DNA of 64,000 nucleotides, taken from the NCBI GenBank assembly GCA_034521815.1, contig JAXHLW010000011.1:1-64000 (forward strand). Direction: 5' to 3'. The DNA comes from Trueperaceae bacterium. Lineage in GTDB: Bacteria; Deinococcota; Deinococci; Deinococcales; Trueperaceae. The notes under the pieces were generated by a model that had not been told where the DNA came from, searched no databases, and saw only the letters and a program-made list of their open reading frames with translations. Made by a program: the position numbers and the translations under genes. This document shows, piece by piece, positions 22,333-35,224 of the stretch. Position 1 is the stretch's first letter. Every line of letters begins with the position of its first letter.

Positions 22333-23863
22333 TCAGCGGTCCAGCCAGGTGGTCCGGAGACCGAGGTAGCTGGTGTTCGGGAAGTGCTCGAAGCCACGCA
22401 CGTCCGGGCGGAGCGCCTCGAACTGCGAGGAGTGGAACAGGAACACGTGCGGCGCCTGGTCCAGGATGAGCTGCTGCGCCTCGGCGTAGATCTCGCGACG
22501 GCGCTCCTGGTCGGACACCTGCCGGCCCTCCTCGAGCAGGGCGTCGAGCTCCGGGTTCGAGTAGTTCCCGAGGTTGCCGCCGTTATCGGTGTAGAACACG
22601 TTGAACAGGAAGTCGTCGGGGTCGCTCTGCCCGGACTCGCCCAGGATGGTGGCCGCGTAGTCGCCCTCGAGCACCTTCGGCAGGTAGATGCTCCAGTCCT
22701 CCGCGACGATGTTCGTCGCGATCCCGATCTCGGCCAGGTTGGCCTGGACGACCTCGGCCGGCGTCCGCAGGAAGTCGTACGTGCTGGTCACGTACAGGTC
22801 GTACTCGAAGCCGTCCGGGTAGTCGGAGGCGGCCAACGCCTCGCGCGCGGCTTCGACGTCGCGCCCGACGTAGGGGCTGTCGCTCACGCCGTAGTAGTTC
22901 GACGACGGGATCGTGGTGCCGGTCGCGGGAACCCCGCCGGTTCCGAACAGGGCCAGGTCGACGACGGCCTGCTCGTCGATCGCGTACGACATCGCGCGAC
23001 GCACGTTCACGTCGTCGAACGGCGCCCGATCGACGTTGAAGTAGATGCTTCGGAAGTTCGCCGACAGGCCGCCGACGACGTCGACGTTCGGATCCGCCCG
23101 GAGCACCTCGACGTCCGCGGCCGGCACGTACTCGATGAAGTCGACGTTGCCGGTCGCGATCGCGGTCGTGCGCGCCGTGGGATCGGGGTAGAACACGAAC
23201 TCGATTCCGTCGAGGTAGGGCAGCGCGTTCCCGGCGTCGTCGGCGCCCCAGAAGTCGTCGTTCCGCTCGAGGATCATGCGGGTCTGCGGCAGGTACTCGG
23301 TGAAGCGGAACGGGCCAGTTCCGATGACGTTCTCCTGCAGGTCGCCGTACTCCTCGACCGCCGCCTGACTGACGATCACGTTCAAGCTGGCGGCCAGCTT
23401 GGACAGCAGCGGCGAGAACGGCTCGGACAGGTTCATCACCACGGTGCGGTCGTCGGGCGCGGAGATCTCCTCGACGACGGCGAAGTCGTCGCCGCGCGGC
23501 GAAGCGATCTCGGGATCGCCGATGCGCAGAATCGAGATACACCACGTCGGACGCCGTGAGCGGGGTGCCGTCGTGGAACGTGACGCCCTCGCGCAGCGTG
23601 AACGTCCAGGTCAGGCCGTCGTCGGACGCGGTCCACGACTCGGCCAGGCCGGGCACGATCTGCAGGCTGGAATCGAACATCACCAGCGTGTCGTAGACGT
23701 TCTCGAGCATGTTGCGGGTCGAGGTGGCGTTCGTGATGTGCGGATCGAGCCCGACGGGATCGGTCTGCATGCCGACCCGCAGGACGCCACCCATCGTGGG
23801 CTGGGCCAGCGCCAGCGTGGCCAGCGCCGCGGCGGCGAGAAGAACGAGGAAACGACGAATCAT
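22333..23863 (-). CDS. Peptide/nickel ABC substrate-binding protein, family 5 (frameshift near 23540)
   Basis: Signal peptide, LDPH, VYDTLV, PGLAESW, LREGVTFHDGTPLTASDV, GTGPF, VRRAMSYAID. Confidence 0.92.
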
Positions 23864-24085
23864 GAGGTACCTCCGGTGGTCGACGAAACGGACGAGCGGA
23901 ACGGACGCGAGGAACGGACGAGCGGCGACGAATGGCGGGACGAATGGAGGGACGAATGGAGAGCGGCGTGAGGGTCAAGAATACGCCGCGAGGGCCGCGA
24001 GGGGGCGGAACGCGGGCGGACAGGAGGGCAGACAAGAGGGCCGAGAGCCGTCGACGCCGGATCGGCGCGTGCCAGGCGAACGCGA

Positions 24086-24979
24086 TCAGCGGCGGCGGCG
24101 CAGCCGCGGGTCCAGCGCGTCGCGCAGACCGTCGCCCAGCAGGTTGAACCCCAGCACGACCGCCATGATCGCGAGGCCCGGCGCGACGGTCGCCCACGGA
24201 GCGAGGGCCAGGAAGCGCCGGCCCTCGGCGATCATCATCCCCCAGCTGGGGGCGGGAGGCTGCGTGCCCAGGCCGAGGAACGACAGCGAGGCCTCGGCCA
24301 GGATGGCGTACGCCAGACGCAAGGTGGTCTCGACCAGCATCGGCGCGGCCGCCGCCGGAAGGACGGCGCCCACCAGCACGCGCATGTCGCGGCTGCCCAG
24401 GGCGCGGGACGCCTCCACGAACTGTTCCTCGCGCACCGTCATCACCGCCGCGCGGGCGACGCGCGCGAACGGCCCGACGTACACCACCCCGATCGCGAGG
24501 ACCAGATTCACGAACCCGCTGCCCAGGAACGCCAGCAGCGCGATCGCCAGCAGGATCGCCGGGAACGACAGCAGCACGTCGGTGACGCGCATGATCACCG
24601 CGTCCGTGACCCCGCGGTAGAACCCCGCGAGCGCGCCCAGGCTGCCGCCCACCAACAGCGCGAAGCTGGTCGCGGCGAACGCGACCGACAACGACGCGCG
24701 CCCCCCGAACACGATGCGCGACAGCGTGTCGCGGCCGTACTGATCGGTGCCCAGCCAGTGCTGCGGCGTGGGCCCCTGCAGCCGAGCGGGCGGATTCAGC
24801 GCGATCGGATCGTACGGCGCCACCCACGGCGCCGCCACCGCAGCGACGACGGCGGCCAGCACGAGCAGTAGCCCGATCCCGCCGACACCGAGCAGCAGGC
24901 GGCGGGCGATCTCGGCCGTTCGGCCCGCCGGGGCGGCCGCACCCGCGCGCACGGTGTCCTCCCCGGCCGCGTCAGCCAT
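24086..24979 (-). CDS. Peptide ABC permease (DppC/OppC-like)
   Basis: HWLGTDQYGRD, FVEASRALG, EASLSFLGLG, PSWG, NLLGDGLRDALDPR. Confidence 0.95.
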   Translation of the reverse strand: MADAAGEDTVRAGAAAPAGRTAEIARRLLLGVGGIGLLLVLAAVVAAVAAPWVAPYDPIALNPPARLQGPTPQHWLGTDQYGRDTLSRIVFGGRASLSVAFAATSFALLVGGSLGALAGFYRGVTDAVIMRVTDVLLSFPAILLAIALLAFLGSGFVNLVLAIGVVYVGPFARVARAAVMTVREEQFVEASRALGSRDMRVLVGAVLPAAAAPMLVETTLRLAYAILAEASLSFLGLGTQPPAPSWGMMIAEGRRFLALAPWATVAPGLAIMAVVLGFNLLGDGLRDALDPRLRRRR

Positions 24980-25922
24980 AGCGCACCCTCGGATCGATCA
25001 CCGCGTACAGCACGTCCACCAGCAGGTTGACCGCCACGAACGCCGCAGCGATCAGCAGCACCGCGCCCTGCACGATCGGGTAGTCGCGCAGGTTGATCCC
25101 CTCCAGCGCGAAGCGGCCCACGCCGGGAAGGCTGAACACCTGCTCGATGATCACGGCGCCGCCCAGCAGCTGACCGAACTGCAGACCGACCACCGTCACC
25201 ACCGGAATCAGCGCGGTCCTGAGCGCGTGCCGGTACACGACCGCCTGCTCGCGCAGGCCCTTGGCGCGGGCGGTGCGGACGTAGTCGCGTCCCAGCGTCT
25301 CCAGCAGCGACGACCGCACGATGCGCGTGGTGGCCGCCGCCAGGATCAGGCCCAGCGACGCGGCCGGCAACAACATGTGACGAAGATTGTCCAGCGGCGA
25401 CTCGGCGAACGGCACGTAGCCGGCCGGCGGGAGCCAGCCCAGCCGAAGCGAGAACGCCAGGATCAGCAGAATGCCCAGGAAGAACCCGGGGATCGACAGG
25501 CCCAGCAGCGCGAACAGCGAGCTGACCGCGTCCGGCCACCGTCCCCGGTGGAGCGCCGCGATCACGCCCAGCGGGACGGCCAGGACAAGGGCGATCGCGA
25601 GCCCCAGGAAGGTCAGCTCCAGCGTGACCGGAAAGCGGAGCGCCAGATCGGTCGCGACCGGCCGGCCCGTACGCAGCGAGCTGCCCAGGTCTCCCTGGAG
25701 CGCCGCGGTGATCCACTGCCCGAACTGGACGTGGACCGGAAGGTCCAGCCCGAACATGCGCCGCAGCTCGTCCAGACGCTCGGCCGAGACGTTCCCCTCG
25801 AGCCCCACCAGGCTCGTGACCACGTCGCCCGGGATCGCGCGCATCAGGGCGAACACGATCAGCGCGACGCCGAACAGGGTGGGGATCGTCGAGCAGAAGC
25901 CGTACGGCCGAGACGTCGACAT
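24972..25922 (-). CDS. Peptide ABC permease (DppB/OppB-like)
   Basis: GDLGSSL, DYVRTARAKGL, EQVFSLPGVG, RDYPIVQG, DPRVR. Confidence 0.93.
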   Translation of the reverse strand: MSTSRPYGFCSTIPTLFGVALIVFALMRAIPGDVVTSLVGLEGNVSAERLDELRRMFGLDLPVHVQFGQWITAALQGDLGSSLRTGRPVATDLALRFPVTLELTFLGLAIALVLAVPLGVIAALHRGRWPDAVSSLFALLGLSIPGFFLGILLILAFSLRLGWLPPAGYVPFAESPLDNLRHMLLPAASLGLILAAATTRIVRSSLLETLGRDYVRTARAKGLREQAVVYRHALRTALIPVVTVVGLQFGQLLGGAVIIEQVFSLPGVGRFALEGINLRDYPIVQGAVLLIAAAFVAVNLLVDVLYAVIDPRVRYG

Positions 25923-26051
25923 GAGCGCGCAGTATCGCACGTCCAGGCCGGCGGTTCGCGACGACGATCGTGCGGACCATCGCGGCACCCCGCGAAGCGC
26001 CGCGTCGAGCGGTTCATGATCGTGTAAGAGCTCGGTGGGCAGAATCATCGT

Positions 26052-29000
26052 ATGGAACCCTCGACCGTGTCCGCCCGCTGGCCGCGCCGCGCGGCGCGGG
26101 TCGCCGTCACCGTGGCTGGTGACCCTCTTCCTGTCGCTGATCGTTCTGGCCGCCTGCTCGACGCCGAGCGACGGGAGCAGCGCGGAACGCTTCACGCTTC
26201 AGCTGAACGTGCAGGGCGACGGGGCTGTCGAGGTGAACGGTTCCGAGCGCTCGACGCCGTTCCAGCAGAGTTTCGAGGTCGGCGCCAGCGTCACGCTGCG
26301 CGCGGTGCCCGGCGACGAGGCGCGCTTCTCGTCCTGGACCGGCGACGCGTCCGGCTCGCAGAACCCGGTGACGTTGACGATGAACAGGTCCCGTTCGGTC
26401 GACGGCCGTGTTCGAGCCGAACTCGACCGTCACGCTGTCCATCACCCGCACCGGTAGCGGTGGCGGCGCGATCGATATCGACCCGCCCGGCGTCACCTGC
26501 GCGCCGACCTGCGAGGCGACCGTGGACGAGGGCGCGGAGGTCACGCTCACCGCCACTCCCGACGCCACCTCGACCCTGACGGGCTGGACCGGCTGCGACA
26601 CGACCGATGGCGAGACCTGCACGCTGGTCGCGACCGCCGACCGTGCCGTCGAGGTCGCGTTCGCGAGCACCGCGCCCGCGCCTGTCGACGACGACTTCGT
26701 GGACGCCATGGTGCTGGAGGGCGAATCCGGCACGGCGTCGACCACCAACGCCGGCGCCTCGAAGGAACCGGGCGAGCCGGACCACGGCGGCGAGCCGGGC
26801 GGCCGTTCGGTGTGGTGGACGTGGACCGCGCCGAAGGACGGACCCGCCACCTTCGACGCGTCCGGCAGCGACACTGGACGTCGTCGTCGCGGCGTACGCC
26901 GGGTCGTCGCTACACGATCTGGTGCCGGCTCGGCGAGCCCCTTCGTTCGCTCTCTCATCGACGGCGTCCGCAGACACGGCTTCCGGCAGCGAACGCGGTC
27001 GTCGTCGACGCGACCTACGGAACGACCTACCACGTCGCCGTCGACGGCGTCGCGGCCGCGACCGGAACCGTCCGTCTGGACTGGAACCAAGACGACACCC
27101 AGCCACCCCCGCCCGACGTCGAGGTCGCCTGGACGCTGGACGCGAGCCAGCTCTCGTTCAGCGGCGAGCGCGGCGGAGCGGCGCCCGACAGTCAAGACGT
27201 CCAGCTCGGGAACGATGGGCCGGACGCAGGCAGCTTCACCGCAAGCGACAACCGCTTCTGGCTATCCGTCTCGCCCCCGAGCGGCGCGTTGGACGCTGGC
27301 GCCGAGACGGCACTGACGGTGACGGCGGCAGCGTGCCGAACCGTCGGAACGGACTTCGGCACGGTCACCGTCGCCGGGAACGGCGTGACCGCCACGCTGA
27401 GCGTCCAGCGCACCTGCGACGGTGCGGAATGGCGGCTGACGCCGGACAGCCTCTCCATCGAGGGCGACGTGAACGACGTCGCGTCGTACGCCCGGAGCCT
27501 CGCCCTCACGAACGACGGCACCCTCGGCGCGGACTTCACCGCAATCGCCAGCGACGGCTGGATCGACGTCGCCCCCGGTAGCGGCAACCTGGACCGCGGC
27601 TCAAGAGACGACACTGAGCGTGTCGGTCGCCGCTTGCGACACGGCCGGCACCTCCTCGGGGTCGGTCGTCGTCAGTGGCGGTGGGCACGTACGCTCCGTC
27701 CCGGTCACGCGCACCTGCACCGACCCGTCCGCGCAGCCGGCGGTCGCGCTGACGATCGACCGCGTGTACGTCAATCAGTCGGTCCCGGCGCAGGACAGCA
27801 CGAAGACGCCCTCGGGCCGCATTCCGCTGGTCGCGAACCGCGGCGGCCTGCTGCGCGTGTTCGCCACCGCCGACGACACGGGGGCCGACCAGGCCTCGGC
27901 GACGCTGCACTACCGCTACGGCGGCGGCAGCGAGAGCACGCTGCCCCTCGCCGGCCCGTCGTCCGTGCCGACGAGCACCTCGGAGGGCGTCGCGCTCCAG
28001 CGTGTACGAGCATCTGCTTCCCGAGCGGCCTGATCCAACCGGGCTGGAGATCTACCTCGACGGTCGAGGCGGTCGCGAACGGCAGACGCGGTCGAGCGCG
28101 CTGATCCCGCCTCCGGCTACCGGGCGTGTGGGCTGTCTCGGTTGTAGCGGTGCCTGCCGGCGAACATGACGTTGGTGCCGGTCATCGCGTACGCGGGACA
28201 CAACGCCGTAGCGTTGGAGGACGGCAGCGCGTACTTGAGCGACACGGTGCGGGATGCACCCGACTGGGCGACGACACGCGCGGACGTGCAGGTGCACGGC
28301 AGTCCGCTGGCTCGGCGGCGATCTCTTCCAGCGGTGCAGGGATGGGGCGACCTGCTCAACGCGCTCACCACCCGCTGGGAGTCCGATGCCACCTCGCGCC
28401 ACTACTACGGGGTGGTCGATCCGAACTACGACTACGGCATCGCCGGCGTCGTCGGATGCGATCGGGCTACACGTCCCGTCGCGGTCGGTTGGTCGCACCT
28501 CCAGAGCGGCGCAGCCAGCGTCGCCGCGCACGAGCTGGGGCACAACTGGGGCCGCGAGCACGCGCCCTGCGGCGTCGACACGGCGACGCTTGTATCCCTA
28601 CGGCGGCGGCGGCATCGGCACGTGGGGCTACGACCTGGTCGCAGACGCGCTTCGGTCACCCAGTCTGTACGTGGACCTGATGAGCTACTGCGATCCCACG
28701 TGGATCTCCGACTACACCTATCGTGGGGTCATGGACTACCGACGCTCGACCGGCTACACGATCGAGACGGTGGCCGCGATGCAACGCGTCCTGATCGTCA
28801 GCGGCATCGTCGGGCCGGACGGTCTGGATCTCGACCCGCTCTTCACGATGACCAGCCGGCCGTCGCCGGTGGCAGCCGGGCCGTACACGCTGCGCGTGTG
28901 GGCGACGGACGGCCGCGAGGTTCTGACCGTGCCGTTCGACGCGCGCGCCGTCAGCGTGCATCCGTTCGAGGCGTTCCACCTGAAGCCTGGCGCTTCCGGA

Positions 29001-29313
29001 CGACGTCACCTCGTTCGGACGGGTCCGCGTGGAGCGGAACGGCGAGGTGCTGATCGACCGGACGGCCAGGCCGGCCACGCTCTCGACGCAGGCGACCCTG
29101 ACGGTCACGGTCACACCGTCGACCGGCGGCGCCGTCGGTCGAGTGGGACGCCGAGCGGTATCCGTTCCGCCGGGCGCGCGCAACTGGTGTCGACGGCCCG
29201 CTCCTGGGCAACGGCAGCTCCGGCCATGCCGGACCGTCCAGCCCAGCGGAACGGTCGTGGAGGTCCTTCTCAGCGACGGCCTGAACACCGTGCGAAGCGT
29301 CGTTGGACCGTAG
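26052..29313 (+). CDS. Multi-domain secreted lipoprotein metalloprotease: two InlB-B-repeat-like, PPC-like, two BACON-like and M66-like metzincin domains (several frameshifts)
   Basis: Lipobox LAACS; FSSWTGD and LTGWTGC repeats; DDF...GEPDH..SVWWTWTAP; WLSVSP and WIDVAP; HELGHNWGREHAPCG zinc motif; DLMSY Met-turn. Confidence 0.78.
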
Positions 29314-29329
29314 CCGTACCGCGCTCGTC

Positions 29330-30950
29330 GCTCGGGACGCGACGCCTCTGCCGCGGCGCCTGGCGCATGCGCTGAAGCGTGCGTGAGGCGTGCGTCCCGA
29401 AGGTCGACGCGCTGGGCACCGCTGGTGCACAGGGCTGGCAGCAGCGGGTTGGATCGGGGGTGGGAGCAGGGGCATCGATCAGCTGTTCGGCCTGCCCCTA
29501 CCGCTGCGCCTGGGCGACGGACGCGGCGTCCGGCAGATGCTGCCTCGACCTGGCCCGAGCCGAGCCCCATCAGGACGAACACGATCGGTTCCAGCGCGAC
29601 CGACGGGAACGACGCCTGCGCCCAGATCGCGTACGTCCCGTAGGGCCATCGCGAGGGCGACGGAGGCCGCGGTTCCTGCTCGGACGAGCCGGATCATCAG
29701 CAGCACCACGAACGTCGCGAACGCCAGCGTCGGAACGGCACCGAAGGCGATCCACAGGTCCAGCAGGTAGTTGTGCACCTTGTCGATCATCACCCTCTTC
29801 GCACGCATGTCTCCGGTAGGTCCAGGGTCGGGGTAGTAGAGAGCGTTCCCGGCGCCGCTCCACGCCGGATCCCGCTCACCCCCTCCGGTAGGCGTTGCCG
29901 TGACGAGGGCGTCGCGGCCTGCCGGTCGTCGCCCGGCCTCGTTCCAGACGACGATGGCGAACGAGCCGACGCCGTAGCGGACGGACGGGCTCGCCGTAGC
30001 GCACCGCACGCAGGGCCACGTCCATGCACAGGCGGCGCGACGCCCAGTTCTCGGCCGGGGCCTCCTTCCGTGGCCGCCTCCGCGAGGGCGGCGACCTTGC
30101 CGCGGCCGTAGTCGCTGGCCGAGGAAGCGAGGCCTGAACCCAGCCAGCTGCGACGGCCGCCACGGCCAGCGCTACCGAGCGCATGCCTCGCTCGCGTCGC
30201 TCCCGACGCCGTGGTCCCGCCGGACAACGCGCTCGCCCCGGCCCACGACGCGAGCGTCGCCACCAGCGCGATCACCGCGGCGGCGGCTGCCGGTCGCGGT
30301 AGGCCACGAACGCCAGGAAGACCTGCCAGTAGCAGCGCCGCCACGACGACCAGATGCCGGCCTCCAGCGAGTCAGCACGCGGTCGGATCCGAGAAGAGCG
30401 GAACGATCGACGCGAACGCCATCGCCGCCAGCACAGCGCCAGCACGAAGGCGGGGCTGACCCAGCGTCGCGCCGGGGTTGGCGGATGGCCAGCTCCGCAC
30501 CCCAGAGCCCCAACTGACGCCCACTGACGTCGCAGCCACGTCGCCGCCGGCCAGCCGCAGTCCTGCCCACGAGGCGGGCAGGTAGGCGCACGGGCCACAG
30601 CCACCAGACAGGCCTAGCGAACACGGCCGTCGAACCGGAACGGAACCCACCGACCGAGGCGTCTCGGTGCGAGGAAGGGAGCCGTACCCGAACCGCGAGG
30701 CCACCGAGCCATCGGTCCGCGGCGCCGCCGACGCGGAGCGTTCGCCACCGCCCATGGGCGCGGCCAGCACCAGCATCCTCCCCCGCCCACGAGCGCGACG
30801 AGCTTCGGCGCACGAGAACTACCGCCCTCTGCGGGATCCCGGATCGGCCGCACGTCGACGGCCAACGCGTGCATCACGATGAAGGCGACGATCACGACGG
30901 CGGCCCGCTCCGATGGTCCGCCCGGCTGCTTCGGACGGCACCGCCAGCCA
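29330..30950 (-). CDS. O-antigen ligase / O-oligosaccharyltransferase-like membrane protein (heavily frameshifted, boundaries approximate)
   Basis: Hydrophobic fragments in several frames; YGVGSF and DKVHNYLLDLWIAFG fit the Wzy_C HN motif. Confidence 0.55.
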
Positions 30951-31435
30951 CCACGACGGCTACGTGCCCGGCGCGCAGGCCGCCGAGGCCCTCGTGCGCG
31001 TCCTCGCTTCCGCTTCACAGGCCCGAAGGCTAGCACGCACGCCCCGCATCGTTTTGGCTTGCGCGCCTGACGCCCTTCTTCACCTGATGCGCTCCTGCAC
31101 CGACACGGATCCACGCGGAACCTGTCTAGCCGTCCCGACTGTGGAAACGTGCCCGACGCGAGGCAGGGCCGCACCGATCGATTCGCCATGCGTCGTCCCG
31201 GCACCGCGTGCCGTTGCCCGACCGATCATCCACCGCCGCGACGGACGCATCCGTTCTTCGTCGCGCGACCCCTTTGCTCAGGTTACCGGCCTTCGGTGTC
31301 GGTCGTGACGCCGATCAACGCGGCTTACCTCCGCTGGAATCACGACTGCCGTCGATCAACTCCCCCGATACGGGCCTTGCGCGCTCGGTTCCGACCCTCA
31401 TCATCGCCTCTCGCTTCGACCGGCCGTCCACAACA

Positions 31436-31463
31436 CTGCACCCCCGCCGAAGCGGGGGTGCAG
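31436..31463 (-). terminator. 12-bp hairpin downstream of the S-layer-like gene
   Basis: ctgcacccccgc-cgaa-gcgggggtgcag. Confidence 0.78.
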
Positions 31464-31495
31464 GACGAGAGGCGAAAGTTTACGAGAAGAGGCGG

Positions 31496-34400
31496 TTAGT
31501 CCCTCTGCACCGAAGTCTCTTCCGTGGCTCCAGAGGCATCGACTGCGACGCGGGCGGGTTGTCGTACACGAGCTGACCGACCATGTCGACCAAGCCCACT
31601 TGGTTGGCCTCCGCTTCGATCACGACGCGGTAGAAATCACCGGCAGGCAGGTCGTACGTTCGGCCGGCTTCGAGGTTGGCCGTGAACGAGAAGGCGTTAC
31701 CTGGCGTTGTTCAGCGGGACCTGGGCGATGAAGTCGAGCCGCCGTGAAGTCGCCGTCATCATCGATGTACAGCGATGCCGTGCCGTTGAACCGAACCACG
31801 TTGTTGTTGAGCGTGGCCTCGATCACGATGTCTTCCGCCAGTGCCAGACCAGCGTTCTCGACCGTCATCTTGTACACGAACTCTTCGTCCGGCTGGTAGC
31901 CGTCCTTCAGGTTCGCGTCGACGATCAGCGGCTCGCCCGTCTCGCCCGCGCTCTCGTCGGGGCCCTGGTACTCACCGTTGGTGGTCAGGGTGACGAACGG
32001 TGTGGGGGGCGGCGGGACGACGACGACCTGGGCGCAATCCTCGAGCAGACCCTCGGCGCCGTCGCTGTACGTCGTCACCATTGGGTCGGCATCCGGATCC
32101 GCGTCGGACACGAGCTCGTTCGGGAACACCGAACTCGCCGTCGATCTGGTACTGCGTCCAAGGCGTGATGCCCTCGTCGAAGTACCACGTCTCCTGGTAC
32201 TGGCCCGTCTCTTCGAACGGCTGGTTCAGCTGCGGCGAACCGAGGTACGCGCAGTTTTCCCAGAAGTAGCGCTCGCCGGCGTCCGTCTGGACCGTTTGCA
32301 GCGAGTCGCCGGTGTCGGCATCGGAGTTGTTCTGCGCGACGCCCGTGCCGTCGTCACTGAGGAGGTTGCCGGTGAGCGTGAGGATGGCCTCCGCGGTCGT
32401 GCCGCGCGGCAGATCATCGATGGGGCTCCAGGTCACTTCCTTCTCGACGACCGCGCCGGTGACGTCGATGTCTGCCACCGTCCACGTTGCGTGAAGTCCG
32501 TGCCGTTGGTGAAGTCCAGGCCAACGTCGAACGCGTCGGCCACTTCAACGTCATGCGCGTAGGGGTTGTTGCGCACCGTGTAGGCGTGCGGTTGATCCCC
32601 GGTGCCCTCGGTGTCGTCGTCGAACTCCCACGGGTACATGGTCGCCAAGTCACCGTAGTGGGTCCAGGTCGGATCGTTCGCCGTATCGATCTCGACGCGA
32701 TCCAGCTGGCGGACTTCGATCCTAAAGTCGCCGAGGCGCCTTGCGCCATCAGCGGTTGGCTGATCCGTGTCTTGGTGATCTCGAAGAGCGGGCGCACCAC
32801 CCAGATGTCGGATTCGTCCGCCTCTGGCGTGTAGCTGAACACCAGCTGCTCGCCGGTCGTGTCGTCTTCATCGAAGAACCCGGCGGCCGTCACGCTCTGG
32901 TTCTGGCTTCCGTTCGTGACACGGTACGGATCCCCGTACGGCACACATTCCTGCGCGGGCTGCAGTGCCCCTTCATCGGTCGCATCGCCATTCACGCCGA
33001 ACTCAACGGGCGCAGCGCCGTACCGTGGCTGCACATTGAAGCTACCGTCGTCCACGCCTTCCCAGCAGTAGCCGGGCTTGTGACGCGCGTACACGTCAAA
33101 CGTAAACTCTACGGTGTCACCCACCGCGATTGTCTCGAGCGAATCTTCCTGGTTGAAGGACCAGGTGACGACGTGGTTCACGGGGTCATAGGTCCCGGAA
33201 TCCGGCTCGATCGAGCCAGTCGACCACGCCCAGTTCAGCAGGCACCGCGTCACGCACGGTGACGTTGTGAATGTCCGAGTTGCTGTCGTTCTCGACGGTC
33301 ACGTGGACGGTCGCGAGGTAGTTTTCGTCGCTCACCACGTCGCTCGCGTCGAGCGTGACGTCCTCGCCGTACCAGGTCAGGACGTGCTGCTCGACGTGCT
33401 TGTCGACCGTCAGGAAGCCACCGATCCACTCCTTGGTGAAGGTGTAGTCCTTCAGCGCGAACTCGTACGTCTCATCGCCGTACTGGACCACGAAGTAGTA
33501 GGTGGCCGTGACGGTCGCTTCGATGGGGAGGTCGTCGAGGTTGATGCCGGACACCGGGTTGAGGCCGACGCCCGAGTTGTTCTCGTCGATACAGGTTTCA
33601 TCGCCGGGCTCCGCGTCTTCGCAGAAGGCCTCGATCCACTCGACGGTGGGATCGCCGTTCTCGTCCTCGGTGACGCTGTCGATCGTGTACTCCACGTAGC
33701 CGGGGAAGTAGCCGGCGCACCCGGCGTCGCGGTAGCTGCCAGATCCACGAGGACGCCATTACGGGCCGCCCGGAAGAACGTCGAACCCGCGCCGACACGG
33801 AACGGTCCGCGGCTCGGCTGCTTGGTCAGCGCCCACGTGCCGAAGTAGGTGCGCGTTGCTGGAGATCGCTGCCTGGTGGCGCTCCAGATGTTGTCGACCT
33901 GGTGCCGAGGTCGGCGCCGAGACGCTGATCCGTGTAGGTGAGCAGCGGATCTTCGTCCTCATCCGGATCGGGACACCTCGACAGTCGGTGTCGCTGGTGA
34001 TCGTCGGCCATGGAGGCTTCGGTCAGAGTCTCACCTTCGCCGTACCAGCAGGTGCGACATGTTGGTGAAGAACGACTTGAACTCCGACGCGCTTGGCGAC
34101 GTTGTTTCCGCCGACGGCGCTGACGATCAGCTTCGATCGGTTCGAACACGTCGATGACTTCGTCCTGAGCGAACCGTTCGCCCAGCAGGAAGTTGAGGAT
34201 CTCCTGCCAGCGACAGATCGGCGTTGGTCGCCTCGATGACGAAGTACGCCATGCCGTCCGCGTCGGTGGACAGGCCCTGGAAGGTCTTGCGCCGCCGCCG
34301 TGGAAAGGGTGCTCGCCCGGCCGGGGTAGATGGCCAGGGCATCGCTGAAGTCGCCGGTCACACTGACGGTGACGGGCGCGTTCGCGATCGGGTCGCCGGC

Positions 34401-34914
34401 GGCATCGGTCACGAGACCGCCACGCCGACCTGCTCCTCGGTCTGAGCCGCCACGAGGGTGGCGTCCTTGACCGGGTTGCTCCTCGTCGAGGGTGGCGTAC
34501 GCGTTGCCGTCGACATCGATGAAGGCCGAGCTCCAACGCTTCGACGTTCGCGAGGCCCGCTTCGACGGACGCCATCTGCGCGAGGTAGGTGGTCGTATCA
34601 CCCGCGACGACGTTGACGGTCTGACCCTCGAGATCGAGGTAGCCGTCCGCGTTGGACACGGCGACCGTGTAGGCGCCGGCTTCGACGTCCCACTGCATTC
34701 GTGACTCGCGGTCTGCGTGTCGACCGCGGTGCCGTTTTGGGTCACCGCGATGTCGGCTTCGACGGCGGCACCGGTGGACGCATCGACGACGTTGACGATC
34801 GAACGTGCCGGTGGTGTCACCGTTCCCGCCACCATTCCCGTCATCGCTGGTTCCGCACGCGACCAAGAACATGGCCGCTGCGATCAGCAACGCGAGATAC
34901 TTGAAAGTCTTCAT
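31496..34914 (-). CDS. Large acidic lipoprotein with Ig-like/DUF11-like domains, S-layer-like (~1130 aa; many frameshifts)
   Basis: GGAGG RBS; MKTFKYLALLIAAAMFLVAC lipobox; DUF11-like segments (LTVDKHV, VTVENDS..IHNVTVRD, YKMTVENAG); D/E/T/G-rich. Confidence 0.7.
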
Positions 34915-35224
34915 TCAATCCTCCTGGATCGTGCTTTATGTCGGACCGTACGTGATTGGCATGCAGGGCGAATCCGCCGTGCCGTGCGTCGTCCGCACGG
35001 GGGAGTCGCGCGAACGGTGGATCGCCGAGCCACGCACAGGACCGTCGACGTCGTACAGAACGAGATGGCATCGTTGGTTCGCGTCCGGGCCGGAGCGCGA
35101 GTGGTCCGAGTTTCCTCTGCCCGGGCTCCGATCACATCCGACGAGCCAAGATGATTGACGTTTGTCGGACCATCGAGTCGCACCCCCCTTCCACGTGGGT
35201 CAGACAGCGTCAATATCCAGGTCG

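Noticed and set aside
21736-23559. Apparent 607-aa peroxiredoxin fusion
   Set aside because: Frameshift read-through across the terminator hairpin into the antisense of the SBP gene
23927-23960. 12-bp tandem repeat gacgaatgg(c/a)gg x3 between the DppC-like and SBP genes
   Set aside because: Short low-complexity intergenic repeat with no supportable function
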